DNA of 63,722 nt, filler included, from Octopus bimaculoides (taxonomy: Eukaryota): the NCBI RefSeq assembly GCF_001194135.2. It is 12 parts of 11 records of this genome, joined end to end, with 100 filler letters (N's around TTAATTAATTAA, not from the genome) between each part and the next. Parts side by side here need not be neighbours in the genome. Positions count along the whole stretch, not along the records: positions 41,687 to 50,045 come from NC_069001.1; positions 50,146 to 57,861 come from NC_068988.1; positions 57,962 to 61,575 come from NW_026392750.1; 9 more parts are not named here. One strand, 5' to 3'. This document shows, piece after piece, positions 48,250-58,966 of this stretch. A model generated the notes under the pieces. That model was given only the letters and a program-made list of their open reading frames with translations, made no database searches and had not been told where the DNA came from. The stretch's first letter is position 1; the number at the start of each line of letters is the position of its first letter. A program made the translations under genes and the position numbers.

Positions 48250-50045
48250 TAATAATTAATTCGTTTTATTGGCCACAAGGGCTAATATCAATTAAAAACA
48301 TATAAGGACAAAGACAGGACGAAGGTTGCAAAAGGTTTTGTCCGAAAAGGTAGGAAAGTTCGTCTAAACAGAGGAAGAAAACGGAGAAAGATATAATGAA
48401 TAAATAGATAAATAAATAGATAAATAAATAAGTAGAAACCCCCGAAGGGGGAGGCGCTTCGAAAAAGGAAAGGTTACACGTGGAAAAACCCATAAAACCA
48501 CGGGAGCCTGGTCAGAAAAAAATAAGAAAGGGGTATAGAGCCCTTTCTNNNNNNNNNNNNNNNNNNNNNNNNNNNNNNNNNNNNNNNNNNNNNNNNNNNN
48601 NNNNNNNNNNNNNNNNNNNNNNNNNNNNNNNNNNNNNNNNNNNNNNNNNNNNNNNNNNNNNNNNNNNNNNNNNNNNNNNNNNNNNNNNNNNNNNNNNNNN
48701 NNNNNNNNNNNNNNNNNNNNNNNNNNNNNNNNNNNNNNNNNNNNNNNNNNNNNNNNNNNNNNNNNNNNNNNNNNNNNNNNNNNNNNNNNNNNNNNNNNNN
48801 NNNNNNNNNNNNNNNNNNNNNNNNNNNNNNNNNNNNNNNNNNNNNNNNNNNNNNNNNNNNNNNNNNNNNNNNNNNNNNNNNNNNNNNNNNNNNNNNNNNN
48901 NNNNNNNNNNNNNNNNNNNNNNNNNNNNNNNNNNNNNNNNNNNNNNNNNNNNNNNNNNNNNNNNNNNNNNNNNNNNNNNNNNNNNNNNNNNNNNNNNNNN
49001 NNNNNNNNNNNNNNNNNNNNNNNNNNNNNNNNNNNNNNNNNNNNNNNNNNNNNNNNNNNNNNNNNNNNNNNNNNNNNNNNNNNNNNNNNNNNNNNNNNNN
49101 NNNNNNNNNNNNNNNNNNNNNNNNNNNNNNNNNNNNNNNNNNNNNNNNNNNNNNNNNNNNNNNNNNNNNNNNNNNNNNNNNNNNNNNNNNNNNNNNNNNN
49201 NNNNNNNNNNNNNNNNNNNNNNNNNNNNNNNNNNNNNNNNNNNNNNNNNNNNNNNNNNNNNNNNNNNNNNNNNNNNNNNNNNNNNNNNNNNNNNNNNNNN
49301 NNNNNNNNNNNNNNNNNNNNNNNNNNNNNNNNNNNNNNNNNNNNNNNNNNNNNCCTGAACAGACTGCTTAGCTGATCATCCTCGACGCCTAGAGTTTCCC
49401 CGAGAACGTCGTCGCACTTTTCTCCCACTAACCCTCTATAGAACGCTAGAGTGGAGCTACTACCGATCGCACTGCCCGCCTGACTGAGGGAGGTGAGAGC
49501 TTGGCGGCACTCGAGGTGCCAAGCGCCCTTTCTCGGTCTACGTTTGATCCAGGATTGCAGCTCTGTTAAAGAAACGAGCTGCGGAAAATCACGTCTGACG
49601 AAAGGCGACCACACCTGTTCATCGTCCAGGAAACGCTTGAGATGTCGTAGCATGAGCACATGTTTGCGCATCAGCAACCACGGCATGCCAAGGCCTGCTT
49701 TCAGCGGTTGCTGACAGCAGATGGAGCGCCTGACCAGTGGTACCTGACCCTTCCACAAAAAGTTGAAGAGCAAGCGTACTATCTTGGTTAACCAGCGGTC
49801 GGGACAAAGGACGACGGTCAAACGGTAATAGATGACGGATGCGATGTACGCATTCGCCATCTCCGCTCGACCTTTCAAGGAGAGCTTCCTCTCAGCCCAT
49901 TTCTGGGTGAGGTTGGCCACCCTGTTCGTCACTTCTTCCCAGTTTTTCTCCAACTGGAGGTCCGGACCGAACCAGACCCCGAGCAGTTTAACGGGTCCGT
50001 CTGTCCAGCACCCTACGACGCTGTTGGACGGCATGGACTTGCCCC
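48250..50045 (-). mobile_element. Tx1/L1-clade non-LTR retrotransposon, ORF2 post-RT region and 3'UTR, gaps inside
   Basis: About 230 uninterrupted codons (VKLLGVWFG...LSLKGRA..AN.YIAS.IYY...FLW...GLG.P). Pyrimidine-rich 3'UTR, AATAAA at 48265-48270 (minus), then a TTA/TA tail. Confidence 0.88.
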
Positions 50046-50146
50046 NNNNNNNNNNNNNNNNNNNNNNNNNNNNNNNNNNNNNNNNNNNNTTAATTAATTA
50101 ANNNNNNNNNNNNNNNNNNNNNNNNNNNNNNNNNNNNNNNNNNNNT

Positions 50147-50720
50147 TCGGAGTCGATGAAATAAGTACCAGTTGAACACTTGGGTCGATGTAATCGACTC
50201 ATCCTCTCCCCCTAAAATTTCGGCCCTTGTGGAAAAATTAGAATCCATTATTATTATCATTAGGGCGGCGAGGTGACAGAATCGTTAGCACGCAGGCGAA
50301 ATGCTTAGCGGCATTTCGTCTGTCTTTACGTTCTGAGTTCAAATTCCGCCGAGGTCGACTTTGCCTTTCATCCCTTTCGGAGTCGATGAAATAAGTACCA
50401 GTGAATTAGTCGATTACATCGACCAATCCACTCTCCTAAATTTCAGGCCTTGTGCCTTTAGTGGAAAGGATTATCTTTATCGTTATTATTATCTAAGGCG
50501 GTGAGCTGGCAGAATCGTTAGCACGCTGGACGAAATGCTTAGCGGTATTTTGCCCGTTGCTACATTCTGAGATCAAATTCCGCCGAGGTCGACTTTGTCT
50601 TTTATCCCTTTCGGTGTCGATAAATTAAGTATCAGTGAAGCACTGGGGTCGATGTAATCAACACATCTCCTCCCCCAAAATGGCTGCTCTTGTGGCAAAA
50701 TTCGAAACACCATTATTATT

Positions 50721-50751
<31 letters not shown>

Positions 50752-51085
50752 GTAGTAGTAGTAGTAATTGTGATAGCAGCAGCAACAATAGTAGTATCAG
50801 AAGCAGTAGTATCAGAGCAGAAGTAGTAGTAGAAGCAAGAGGAGAAGGGGGAAAAGTAGAAGGACGAGAGGAAGGTGGAGGTGGGCAGTGTGGCAACAGT
50901 AAGATGGTGGACAAAATTCCCTAAGGAATTTAATTGTCTCTTCGCGTTTTAAATTCAAACTTTGGCGCTGTCATATTTGCCTTTATCATTCCAGAGTTTA
51001 TGAAATAAAGTACCAGCTATGTGCTGGTGTCGATTTAGTCGATTATACCTTTTCCCGAAATGTGTTCTTTGTGCCGATGTTTGAT
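50147..51085 (+). mobile_element. Four SINE family B copies in tandem
   Basis: 50147-50250, 50265-50470, 50495-50720 and degenerate 50915-51085, separated by ATT/ATC/AGT tails. Confidence 0.82.
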
Positions 51086-51816
51086 GCAGTAATAATGTTA
51101 AAACATGGTAAAAACACTGATTGCTAACATCGACACATGCTGTTTTCTTTCCAATAACATCTGTAAATTCACCAACCGAGTTTTCTTCCTTTTTTTATGT
51201 TTTATTCTTTTCCTTTTATTGATATAATCAGAAGGAAATCCTGTTACATGTCTCTGGTATCTGTGAGGGAAGTTACCCTCCGATAGTTAACCTGAAAGTT
51301 AGCAAACAACTGTATTCTGTTAAAGGCATCCTTGAGTCAAGTTGTGTTAAAATGGGCGACGGATTGAGCCTATGTCTCTAAATTTCTTGCATCACAAAAG
51401 GGGACGTAAAAGAAAGAGAGAAAGGTACAATGAAACCAGTGATGAATTGCATCGGCAAAAATCATCCAGTAAGGTTTATGGAAATGAGTAAGTTCAGAAT
51501 GTGGGCAAATTAATCTTAAAAGACAAACTGATTTGAACAAGTTGAAGACATGTTGACTGGAATATGTTCTTTCCATGGGCAGGGAATGACAGGAAAACTT
51601 GTCTAAAACATTACACTTCGCTTTTCTGTGTGTGACACGCGAAATTATTCAGTTTCGAGAACGAAAAATGTGTCTTCATTTATACAGAATTAAACACACT
51701 AATTTCACTTTTAGGATAATTTGCGATATTATCAAACGCTCCATTCCGTAAGCTTATAAATTTTGTAACTATTAACCTCACTATAACAGTGTATATTTAC
51801 AGTATTTGCTGTGCCT

Positions 51817-51860
51817 ACACTATGTTTTGATTGGTTCCAACACCGATCGTCATCAGGTGT
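51817..51860 (-). ncRNA. Fossil minimal hammerhead ribozyme
   Basis: ACAC-CTGATGA-C-GATCGGT-gttgga-ACCAATC-AAAAC-ATA-GTGT: 4-bp stem I, 7-bp stem II with one mismatch; the three deviations are all TpG on the + strand. Confidence 0.6.
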
Positions 51861-52140
51861 CTAAGCCATCAGGTGGCTTAGATGACAAAAGGATTTCTAG
51901 AAAGAGTTTAGAAATATATTCTCACCTCAAAACCTGTTTGATACCATATAATATCCAAGAATATAACACTTGATGATGATATGTGATAATTCTCCGTTAG
52001 AAACGTAGTCTAGATACAAATACTGTAAATATTCACAATATGAAGTTTATATTCCAAAATATAATAGTTTTGTATCAAAATAACTAATCACAGACGTTTC
52101 ACCATTTAATATATTTTCCTCTTATTCCTTGTATTAACAG

Positions 52141-52281
52141 CTCACAAATGTAGTTTGGGACTGTTCGGCCTTCGATGCCAATATATATGTCGCTGCGAAG
52201 ATATAACCACATGCAATAACATAACTGGCGAATGTGATTCAGGCTGTGCAAATGGTTGGAACGGACATGCCTGTCAGAGAC
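52141..52281 (+). CDS. EGF/laminin-EGF-like exon (MEGF10/SCARF-type repeat), HKCSLGLFGLRCQYICRCEDITTCNNITGECDSGCANGWNGHACQR
   Basis: ttccttgtattaacag acceptor, gtaact donor, 141 nt, symmetric phase 1-1. Cys spacing C-x3-xFG-x2-C-x3-C-x-C...C-x3-TG-x-C...C-x2-GW-x-G-x2-C. Confidence 0.9.
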
Positions 52282-52779
52282 GTAACTATTTTACTCTTTT
52301 ATACACTGCATATATGCTCACAGGAAAAAACAATAACATTGTTGAGAGGATGTTACCATACTTAATGTAGTTTTCTGAGAAATGTCAATCAATAAAAATT
52401 ATGCCCATCCTCTCTATACATTAAAATATCTAGCAGAAAGAATTAGACTATGCATTCTAAGAGCTAAACTTATGTGAATGTTTCTCTGTACTGACCAATA
52501 TCAAACACATTCACTACTAAATTCTCTTTTTAATTGGTTTTGAATGATTAAAAATTCAGGGTTTATCCTATTTTACACTTGTCATATATTTACTAAAATT
52601 CATTACTAAAATAATAATTTTCTTATCATTATGGGTGTAATTTAATTAATTAAAATTCATTAGTTTACTACATTGAATACGTGAGAGCCGATTTTATATT
52701 GTGTTTTCCGCATTAATTAAATTGAACTCAAGCAAATGTTTCATCTACATTACATAGTGAAGATAAAGGGCCTGATTAG

Positions 52780-52812
<33 letters not shown>

Positions 52813-52929
52813 TTGCGTGTGTGTATGTATGTATGTATGTATGTAAATAAATATATATGTATGTATGCATAAGTGTGTGTGTGTGTGCGTGCACGCATAA
52901 TTATTATAATTATTATCATAAGAAAGACA

Positions 52930-53349
52930 ATGCTTGGCAGAGTCGATTGTATCAGTCAAACAAAAAAATCCTGGCGGGACCGGCTCCAAACTTTGGTATC
53001 GAGAGCTATACTAGCCCCCGAACTGAATGTCACTGCACTGTTCCAAAGGTCCCAGCTATCCCATCTAGAGTGAGGACCATGTACTGCAATAGTTTAGGAT
53101 TCAAGGACCCACAGCTATTTAATGCCTTGCCAAAACATCTGAGGGATCTTTATGGAGTAGGGGTAGATGTTTTCAAGACACAACTTGACTTCTTGCTAGC
53201 CAAGATCCCCGATGAACCGATATCAAGGCAGGAACCTCAAAAGAAGGCTGCAGTGTCGAAATCCCTCCTTCACCAAAAGGCAATAACAAGATTTGCCATT
53301 AAAAAGGTGATTACACTGGCGGTGGTCCAGCATGGCCGCAGCTTTAGGG
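52930..53349 (+). mobile_element. CR1/L2-group LINE 3' end
   Basis: SLGFKDPQLFNALPKHLRDLYGVGVDVFKTQLDFLLAKIPDEP...SLLHQ, then tail ggcggtggtccagcatggccgcag. The clade call is an inference. Confidence 0.75.
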
Positions 53350-53835
53350 NNNNNNNNNNNNNNNNNNNNNNNNNNNNNNNNNNNNNNNNNNNNNNNNNNN
53401 NNNNNNNNNNNNNNNNNNNNNNNNNNNNNNNNNNNNNNNNNNNNNNNNNTCTTTCTCTATGTATGTATATTGTCCATTCTGAGAGTGCGCATGTTTGTGT
53501 GTATGTGTGTGTGTTTGTGTGTGTACGTTAGAGTGTGTATGGATGTGTGCAAGAAAATTCATTAAAGCGACAGGGTCGAAAGACCCTTGCAAAGCATCAG
53601 TGGCAAACTCAGGTGACATCCGAACAGAGAGGGAACAAACTTGATAGCAAACGACGCGAGCCCGCCTTTGGTTCCTATTTTATTAGGGTGGACCTCCATA
53701 GCCATTCGATGTTTTAAAACCCCTGTTATATGTTTATAATTAAATATTATTAGGAATTGTATAGAATAATTGTTAAAATATTTTGTGTATTGTAGAAGTA
53801 TATCCAATTAAACATCTGTCGAGAACCGTTAGATA

Positions 53836-54230
53836 AGTGCACAGACTCAAGAGACAATGTCCCATTTCAATTCCACCGACTTCAATTCCAGTGAGCCTTA
53901 GTTTTGCCATGACCAACAATAAATCGGAAGGGTAAAGATTTTCGGTTGCTGGCTTACATCTTGAAGAGCCCTGCTTCACCCATGGTCAACTTTACGTTTC
54001 ATGTTTAAGAGTAGGAAGTCTGAACACTCTTTACATCTATGCACCAAATGGCAAATTAAAAGAACTTCGTTTATTGAGACATTATAAATTGACCCAAATA
54101 ATGCAGAAATCCGTTCTGATTAAGAGGCCTATCCGCTGGGGAAGATATAGTCTGAAATGGAATAAAAAACATTGAAATAAAGGCAATCCGTTGTCTAAAT
54201 CACCCCGCATCGACGGGCTACTCAGAATAC
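53836..54230 (+). mobile_element. Helitron 3' fragment (PIF1-like helicase C-terminus and subterminal hairpin)
   Basis: PFQFHRLQF.VSLSFAMTNNKSEG...GLHLEEPCFTHGQLYVSCLRVG, one frameshift and stops; CCCG-catcga-CGGG at 54204-54217; no intact CTAG. Confidence 0.8.
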
Positions 54231-54766
54231 ACACATATATNNNNNNNNNNNNNNNNNNNNNNNNNNNNNNNNNNNNNNNNNNNNNNNNNNNNNNNNNNNN
54301 NNNNNNNNNNNNNNNNNNNNNNNNNNNNNNNNNNNNNNNNNNNNNNNNNNNNNNNNNNNNNNNNNNNNNNNNNNNNNNNNNNNNNNNNNNNNNNNNNNNN
54401 NNNNNNNNNNNNNNNNNNNNNNNNNNNNNNNNNNNNNNNNNNNNNNNNNNNNNNNNNNNNNNNNNNNNNNNNNNNNNNNNNNNNNNNNNNNNNNNNNNNN
54501 NNNNNNNNNNNNNNNNNNNNNNNNNNNNNNNNNNNNNNNNNNNNNNNNNNNNNNNNNNNNNNNNNNNNNNNNNNNNNNNNNNNNNNNNNNNNNNNNNNNN
54601 NNNNNNNNNNNNNNNNNNNNNNNNNNNNNNNNNNNNNNNNNNNNNNNNNNNNNNNNNNNNNNNNNNNNNNNNNNNNNNNNNNNNNNNNNNNNNNNNNNNN
54701 NNNNNNNNNNNNNNNNNNNNNNNNNNNNNNNNNNNNNNNNNNNNNNNNNNNNNNNNNNNNNNNNNN

Positions 54767-54811
<45 letters not shown>

Positions 54812-55566
54812 GTTTAATTAAAGGATGTTATGCTGAATACCGTGCACACATCCTTAATTTTTTTAACTCTCAAGTTGTTTAGAAAACAAAAAATAAAACA
54901 AAGTATTTGTAAATAAGTGTTAGGAGCTCCTAAGGTTGGAGATAATTTCAAGAAATCTAAACGAAATTCTCATGTAAATTTATTCGTTACTGAAAAAAAA
55001 TTAAACGTTTCTTGAACAAGAGACACATTTATCTTTCGCTCTGTTACGCGTTGTCAATCAAGTAATTTTACGCCTTTGCTCATATACGTGGTCGTTCGAA
55101 TATACATCCACGTGTATGTGCGTATAGGCCGATTCGTAAAGGTCGGCTAAGGACAATCGCATGTGTAACCAGCCATGCAGAACAAACCAACAGTACTAAG
55201 AAATGAAATGTCAATCCCTTTAAAACAGTAACCACTTTAACAGTAGCAGAATCACCATCCCACTACATCTACACATTCAAAGCAGTTGGCCAACGGTTCT
55301 TCAGCAACAACACACCGTGATAAACTCAGTGACTACAACTAATTCAGGCCACGAAAGACAGAGAGGATTTTCTTGAAGTAGAGACTGTGAACTTCCGGAG
55401 ACAATATTTACATATCGACTGAGGAAACACAACTAGATCTCATAATGCAGGCAAATCGTTGCATAATCAAGTACCTGCACGCCTGGAGAACTACGTTGCG
55501 TAGAAACAATTGTAGTAATTAAAAAATAAATGTCTAACCGTACTCCTTGCTGACTCCAAATATTTT

Positions 55567-55634
<68 letters not shown>

Positions 55635-55783
55635 CGTGCGGTGCGTATGTTGTGCGTCAATGTCTCTTTGTACACATGCGAATGCATGTGTGTGCGAATG
55701 CGTGTGTGTGCGAATGCGTGTACGTGCGTGTGTCTGAAATATACATATATGCATAATACTATATATTTTCATTTATCCTTTAG

Positions 55784-55981
55784 ATTCCTTTCGTCTTCAG
55801 AAATTCTACGTATTGGTAGGAAACTCTTCGAGTTTTGATGATGCTGTAGAGTGTTATACCCATAACAACACTAAGTTCAGTTCACATATTTTTCACTGCA
55901 CGAAGCCCGTCGTCGGTTCAGTTGTCGTGGTACGCCTTACTCATTTGGAACCTCTTACACTTTGTGAATTTAGAATTTACA
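55784..55981 (+). CDS. Exon encoding the second half of an F-type lectin/galactose-binding-like domain, SFRLQKFYVLVGNSSSFDDAVECYTHNNTKFSSHIFHCTKPVVGSVVVVRLTHLEPLTLCEFRIY
   Basis: atcctttag acceptor, gtaagt donor, 198 nt, phase 1-1, open frame. RL..F.V.V, C...G..V.V and LTLCEF.IY fit the fucolectin-type fold. Same strand and phase as the EGF exon. Confidence 0.8.
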
Positions 55982-56024
55982 GTAAGTACTTCGATATTTA
56001 TCTGTGAACTGTTTCGTTTTGATT

Positions 56025-56260
56025 TTTAAAATATCATTTATCTTGTATTTGCTTCAGTCATTCGACTGAGACAATGATGGGGCATCGCCCCGAAGCGTTT
56101 TAGTCGTGCAAATCGACGCCGGTACCTAAGTTTTTTTTTTTTTTCATTTTTTTTTTTAAGTCTGGTAATTTATTCCATCGCTTTCTTTTGTCGAACCAAG
56201 TTACGAGGACGTAAACAAGCTATCATAAGGAGCCAAGCGGTGATGGGGGAGAAGCAAACG
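56025..56260 (-). mobile_element. SINE family A 3' half
   Basis: gcttcagtcattcgactg...aagttacgaggacgtaaaca. Confidence 0.7.
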
Positions 56261-56290
56261 CAAACACACACACATACATACATACATACA

Positions 56291-56321
<31 letters not shown>

Positions 56322-56411
56322 GTGTGTGTTTGTAAGTGTGTATGAGTGACCTCGTTGGCATCGGTACCATTTTCCTCTTTCTCCGTTTTTCCATTCTCCG
56401 AACTTTCCATC

Positions 56412-56445
56412 TTTCCGACGAAGGGCTACGCCCGAAACGTCATAC
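56412..56445 (+). ncRNA. Minimal hammerhead-like motif in a Penelope-like terminus
   Basis: CCGACGA-A-GGG-ctacg-CCC-GAAACGTC; U4-to-C change and only 1 bp of stem I. Confidence 0.5.
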
Positions 56446-57026
56446 ACTCTCTCATTCCTTTCCCGAGCGTCCAATAACACTATCCGTATCACGTCCTCAC
56501 TTTGTTGTTTTTTTGTTATNNNNNNNNNNNNNNNNNNNNNNNNNNNNNNNNNNNNNNNNNNNNNNNNNNNNNNNNNNNNNNNNNNNNNNNNNNNNNNNNN
56601 NNNNNNNNNNNNNNNNNNNNNNNNNNNNNNNNNNNNNNNNNNNNNNNNNNNNNNNNNNNNNNNNNNNNNNNNNNNNNNNNNNNNNNNNNNNNNNNNNNNN
56701 NNNNNNNNNNNNNNNNNNNNNNNNNNNNNNNNNNNNNNNNNNNNNNNNNNNNNNNNNNNNNNNNNNNNNNNNNNNNNNNNNNNNNNNNNNNNNNNNNNNN
56801 NNNNNNNNNNNNNNNNNNNNNNNNNNNNNNNNNNNNNNNNNNNNNNNNNNNNNNNNNNNNNNNNNNNNNNNNNNNNNNNNNNNNNNNNNNNNNNNNNNNN
56901 NNNNNNNNNNNNNNNNNNNNNNNNNNNNNNNNNNNNNNNNNNNNNNNNNNNNNNNNNNNNNNNNNNNNNNNNNNNNNNNNNNNNNNNNNNNNNNNNNNNN
57001 NNNNNNNNNNNNNNNNNNNNNNNNNN

Positions 57027-57240
57027 AGAGTACGTTCTGTCTTATCTTCGAAACGTCAGGTTAGAATAGAGACAGCTGATGAAGGAATATTCCAAGTGGT
57101 TTTCCGTTTTCCTATGTGTTCGTTCCGTTGTCTGTAGTTCATTGTTCTAACGTCCTGTACCCTGATATGCATGTATATACACTTGTAGATGTAAGTATGT
57201 ACATATATGTGTGTATACATGTATATATATTCTTTGTATT
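57027..57240 (+). mobile_element. Repeat family E copy
   Basis: tcttcGAAACGTCagg ttagaa...gacagCTGATGAaggaa...gatatgcatg. Confidence 0.65.
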
Positions 57241-57309
57241 ATATATATATATATATATATATATGCATGTATGTGTGTGTGTGTATGTATGTATGTATGT
57301 ATGTATATT

Positions 57310-57480
57310 TATATACGGCGGGCTTCTTTCAGCTCCCGTTTTCCAGATGTGCCCACAAGGCTTTGGTCATCTCTGAGCTATAGTAGAAGACACTTGCCAA
57401 AGGTATCACGCAGTGGGACAGAACCCGCAGAACAATGTTTTTAGAAAACAAACTTCTTACCACACAACTACGACTGCATG
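57310..57480 (-). mobile_element. SINE family A 5' half
   Basis: gggcttctttcag...gctatagtagaagacacttgcc. Confidence 0.75.
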
Positions 57481-57961
57481 TATATACATACATACACAAA
57501 CAAACACACACACACACACAGACACACACACACACACACACACGTATATGAGTGTGTATGTGCGTGTGCGTATACTCGTGCGTGTGTGTGTGTGTGAACC
57601 CGTGCGTGTGCACGTGTGTGTGTGTGTGTGTACCCGTGCGCGTGTGTGTGAGAGTGTGTATTGTAAAAGAGGGTTTAATTAAATAGCAATTGTACATATG
57701 CTTTTATAACAGATATTTGTATAATAAATATCTATCATTACATTGGCAATTGAAATCCAAACAAATGTTTAAATTTAAGAAAAATATATCGTTCTTTATT
57801 ACACGTTCAAGAACCCATATCATAGGTCGATGCATACATACATACATACATACATACATACNNNNNNNNNNNNNNNNNNNNNNNNNNNNNNNNNNNNNNN
57901 NNNNNTTAATTAATTAANNNNNNNNNNNNNNNNNNNNNNNNNNNNNNNNNNNNNNNNNNNN

Positions 57962-58345
57962 CTTGTGCGGGTGACACATGAAATTTTTCGAGCGAGACCG
58001 TTGCCAGTGCCACTGGACTGACTCTTGTGCGGGGCCATTGTAGGATTTTCGAGCGAGATCGTTGCTGGTTCCCCTGGACTGGCTCATGTGCGGGCGACAC
58101 ACGTAAAAGCACCCACTACACTCTCTGAGTGGTTGGCGTTAGGAAGGGCATCCAGCTGTAGAAACTCTGCCAAATCAGATTGGAGNNNNNNNNNNCACCC
58201 ACTACACTCTCTGAGTGGTTGGCGTTAGGAAGGGCATCCAGCTGTAGAAACTCTGCCAAATCAGATTGGAGCCTGGTGTAGCCATCTGGTTTCACCAGTC
58301 CTCAGTCAAATCGTCCAACCCATGCTAGCATGGAAAGCGGACGTT
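57962..58345 (+). mobile_element. RTE 3'UTR units and tail
   Basis: Tandem gagcgagaccgttgccagtgcc units, then the tail with (GAC)n; 76 bp is duplicated across a 10-N gap. Confidence 0.85.
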
Positions 58346-58450
58346 AAACGACGACGACGACGACAGAGTGTGATAGGTAAATTGTTGCCATTTTATATTT
58401 TTAATTTTGTGAATATGCATTGTTTGTTTTTACTTTTGTCAACTACACAG

Positions 58451-58966
58451 TATAGGAGGGTCAGTTGGGTACCATCTGTGCGCAAAACAGTACCATGACG
58501 CAATTCACTCAGCCAGAAATTTGGAAATGATATGTACCACTTAGCATTCACCCCAGAAGCTCCAATACAAGCATTTCAGAGTGTTTGTGTGTCAATCTGA
58601 GGAGTTGCTGTGTCCTAAAAACATGTACCGAGTGTTAAAAATCAAACATCCAGTCAATATCAAGGGTGTTTGGAGTGATAGCAATGTTATGCCTCCATTC
58701 ATCTTCCCACAAAACTTCAGACTCAACACAGAAGCCTACATCAAGTGTCTGGAGGAGTTAGTGCTGCCCTGGGTCATGAGGGTGGCTGCTGGAAGACCCT
58801 ATATCTGACGACAAGACTCTACACCATACCATACAAGCAGGAGAACTCAGTCATGGCTGTCAGACAATTTCTGCAACCACATCACTCCTAACATCTGGCC
58901 ACCTTAGTTCCCAGACTGCAACCCCCTTGGTTATCATGAGTGGGGTGCAGTTGAGCAAGAGACAAC
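58451..58966 (+). mobile_element. Internally deleted Tc1/mariner, DD37D (maT)-like
   Basis: MTQFTQPEIWK start at 58495, then VMPPFIFP...LNTEAYIKCLEE..LPW...AAGRPY..QDS.P.HTSRRTQSWL...IWPP..PDCNPL. After correcting one frameshift, 37 residues separate D2 from the D3 position, which is mutated to G. Confidence 0.8.

Noticed and set aside
51230-51493. Possible exon ending at a gtaagt donor (51488)
   Set aside because: In-frame stops upstream, no domain or signal-peptide character; at most a UTR exon.
53535-53717. ORF ending SYFIRVDL as the missing lectin exon
   Set aside because: Lacks the Trp/Cys motifs, ends in a stop, and has no phase-1 splice sites.
58110-58271. Perfect 76-bp direct repeat
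   Set aside because: The copies flank a 10-N gap and are identical, indicating an unmerged contig overlap.
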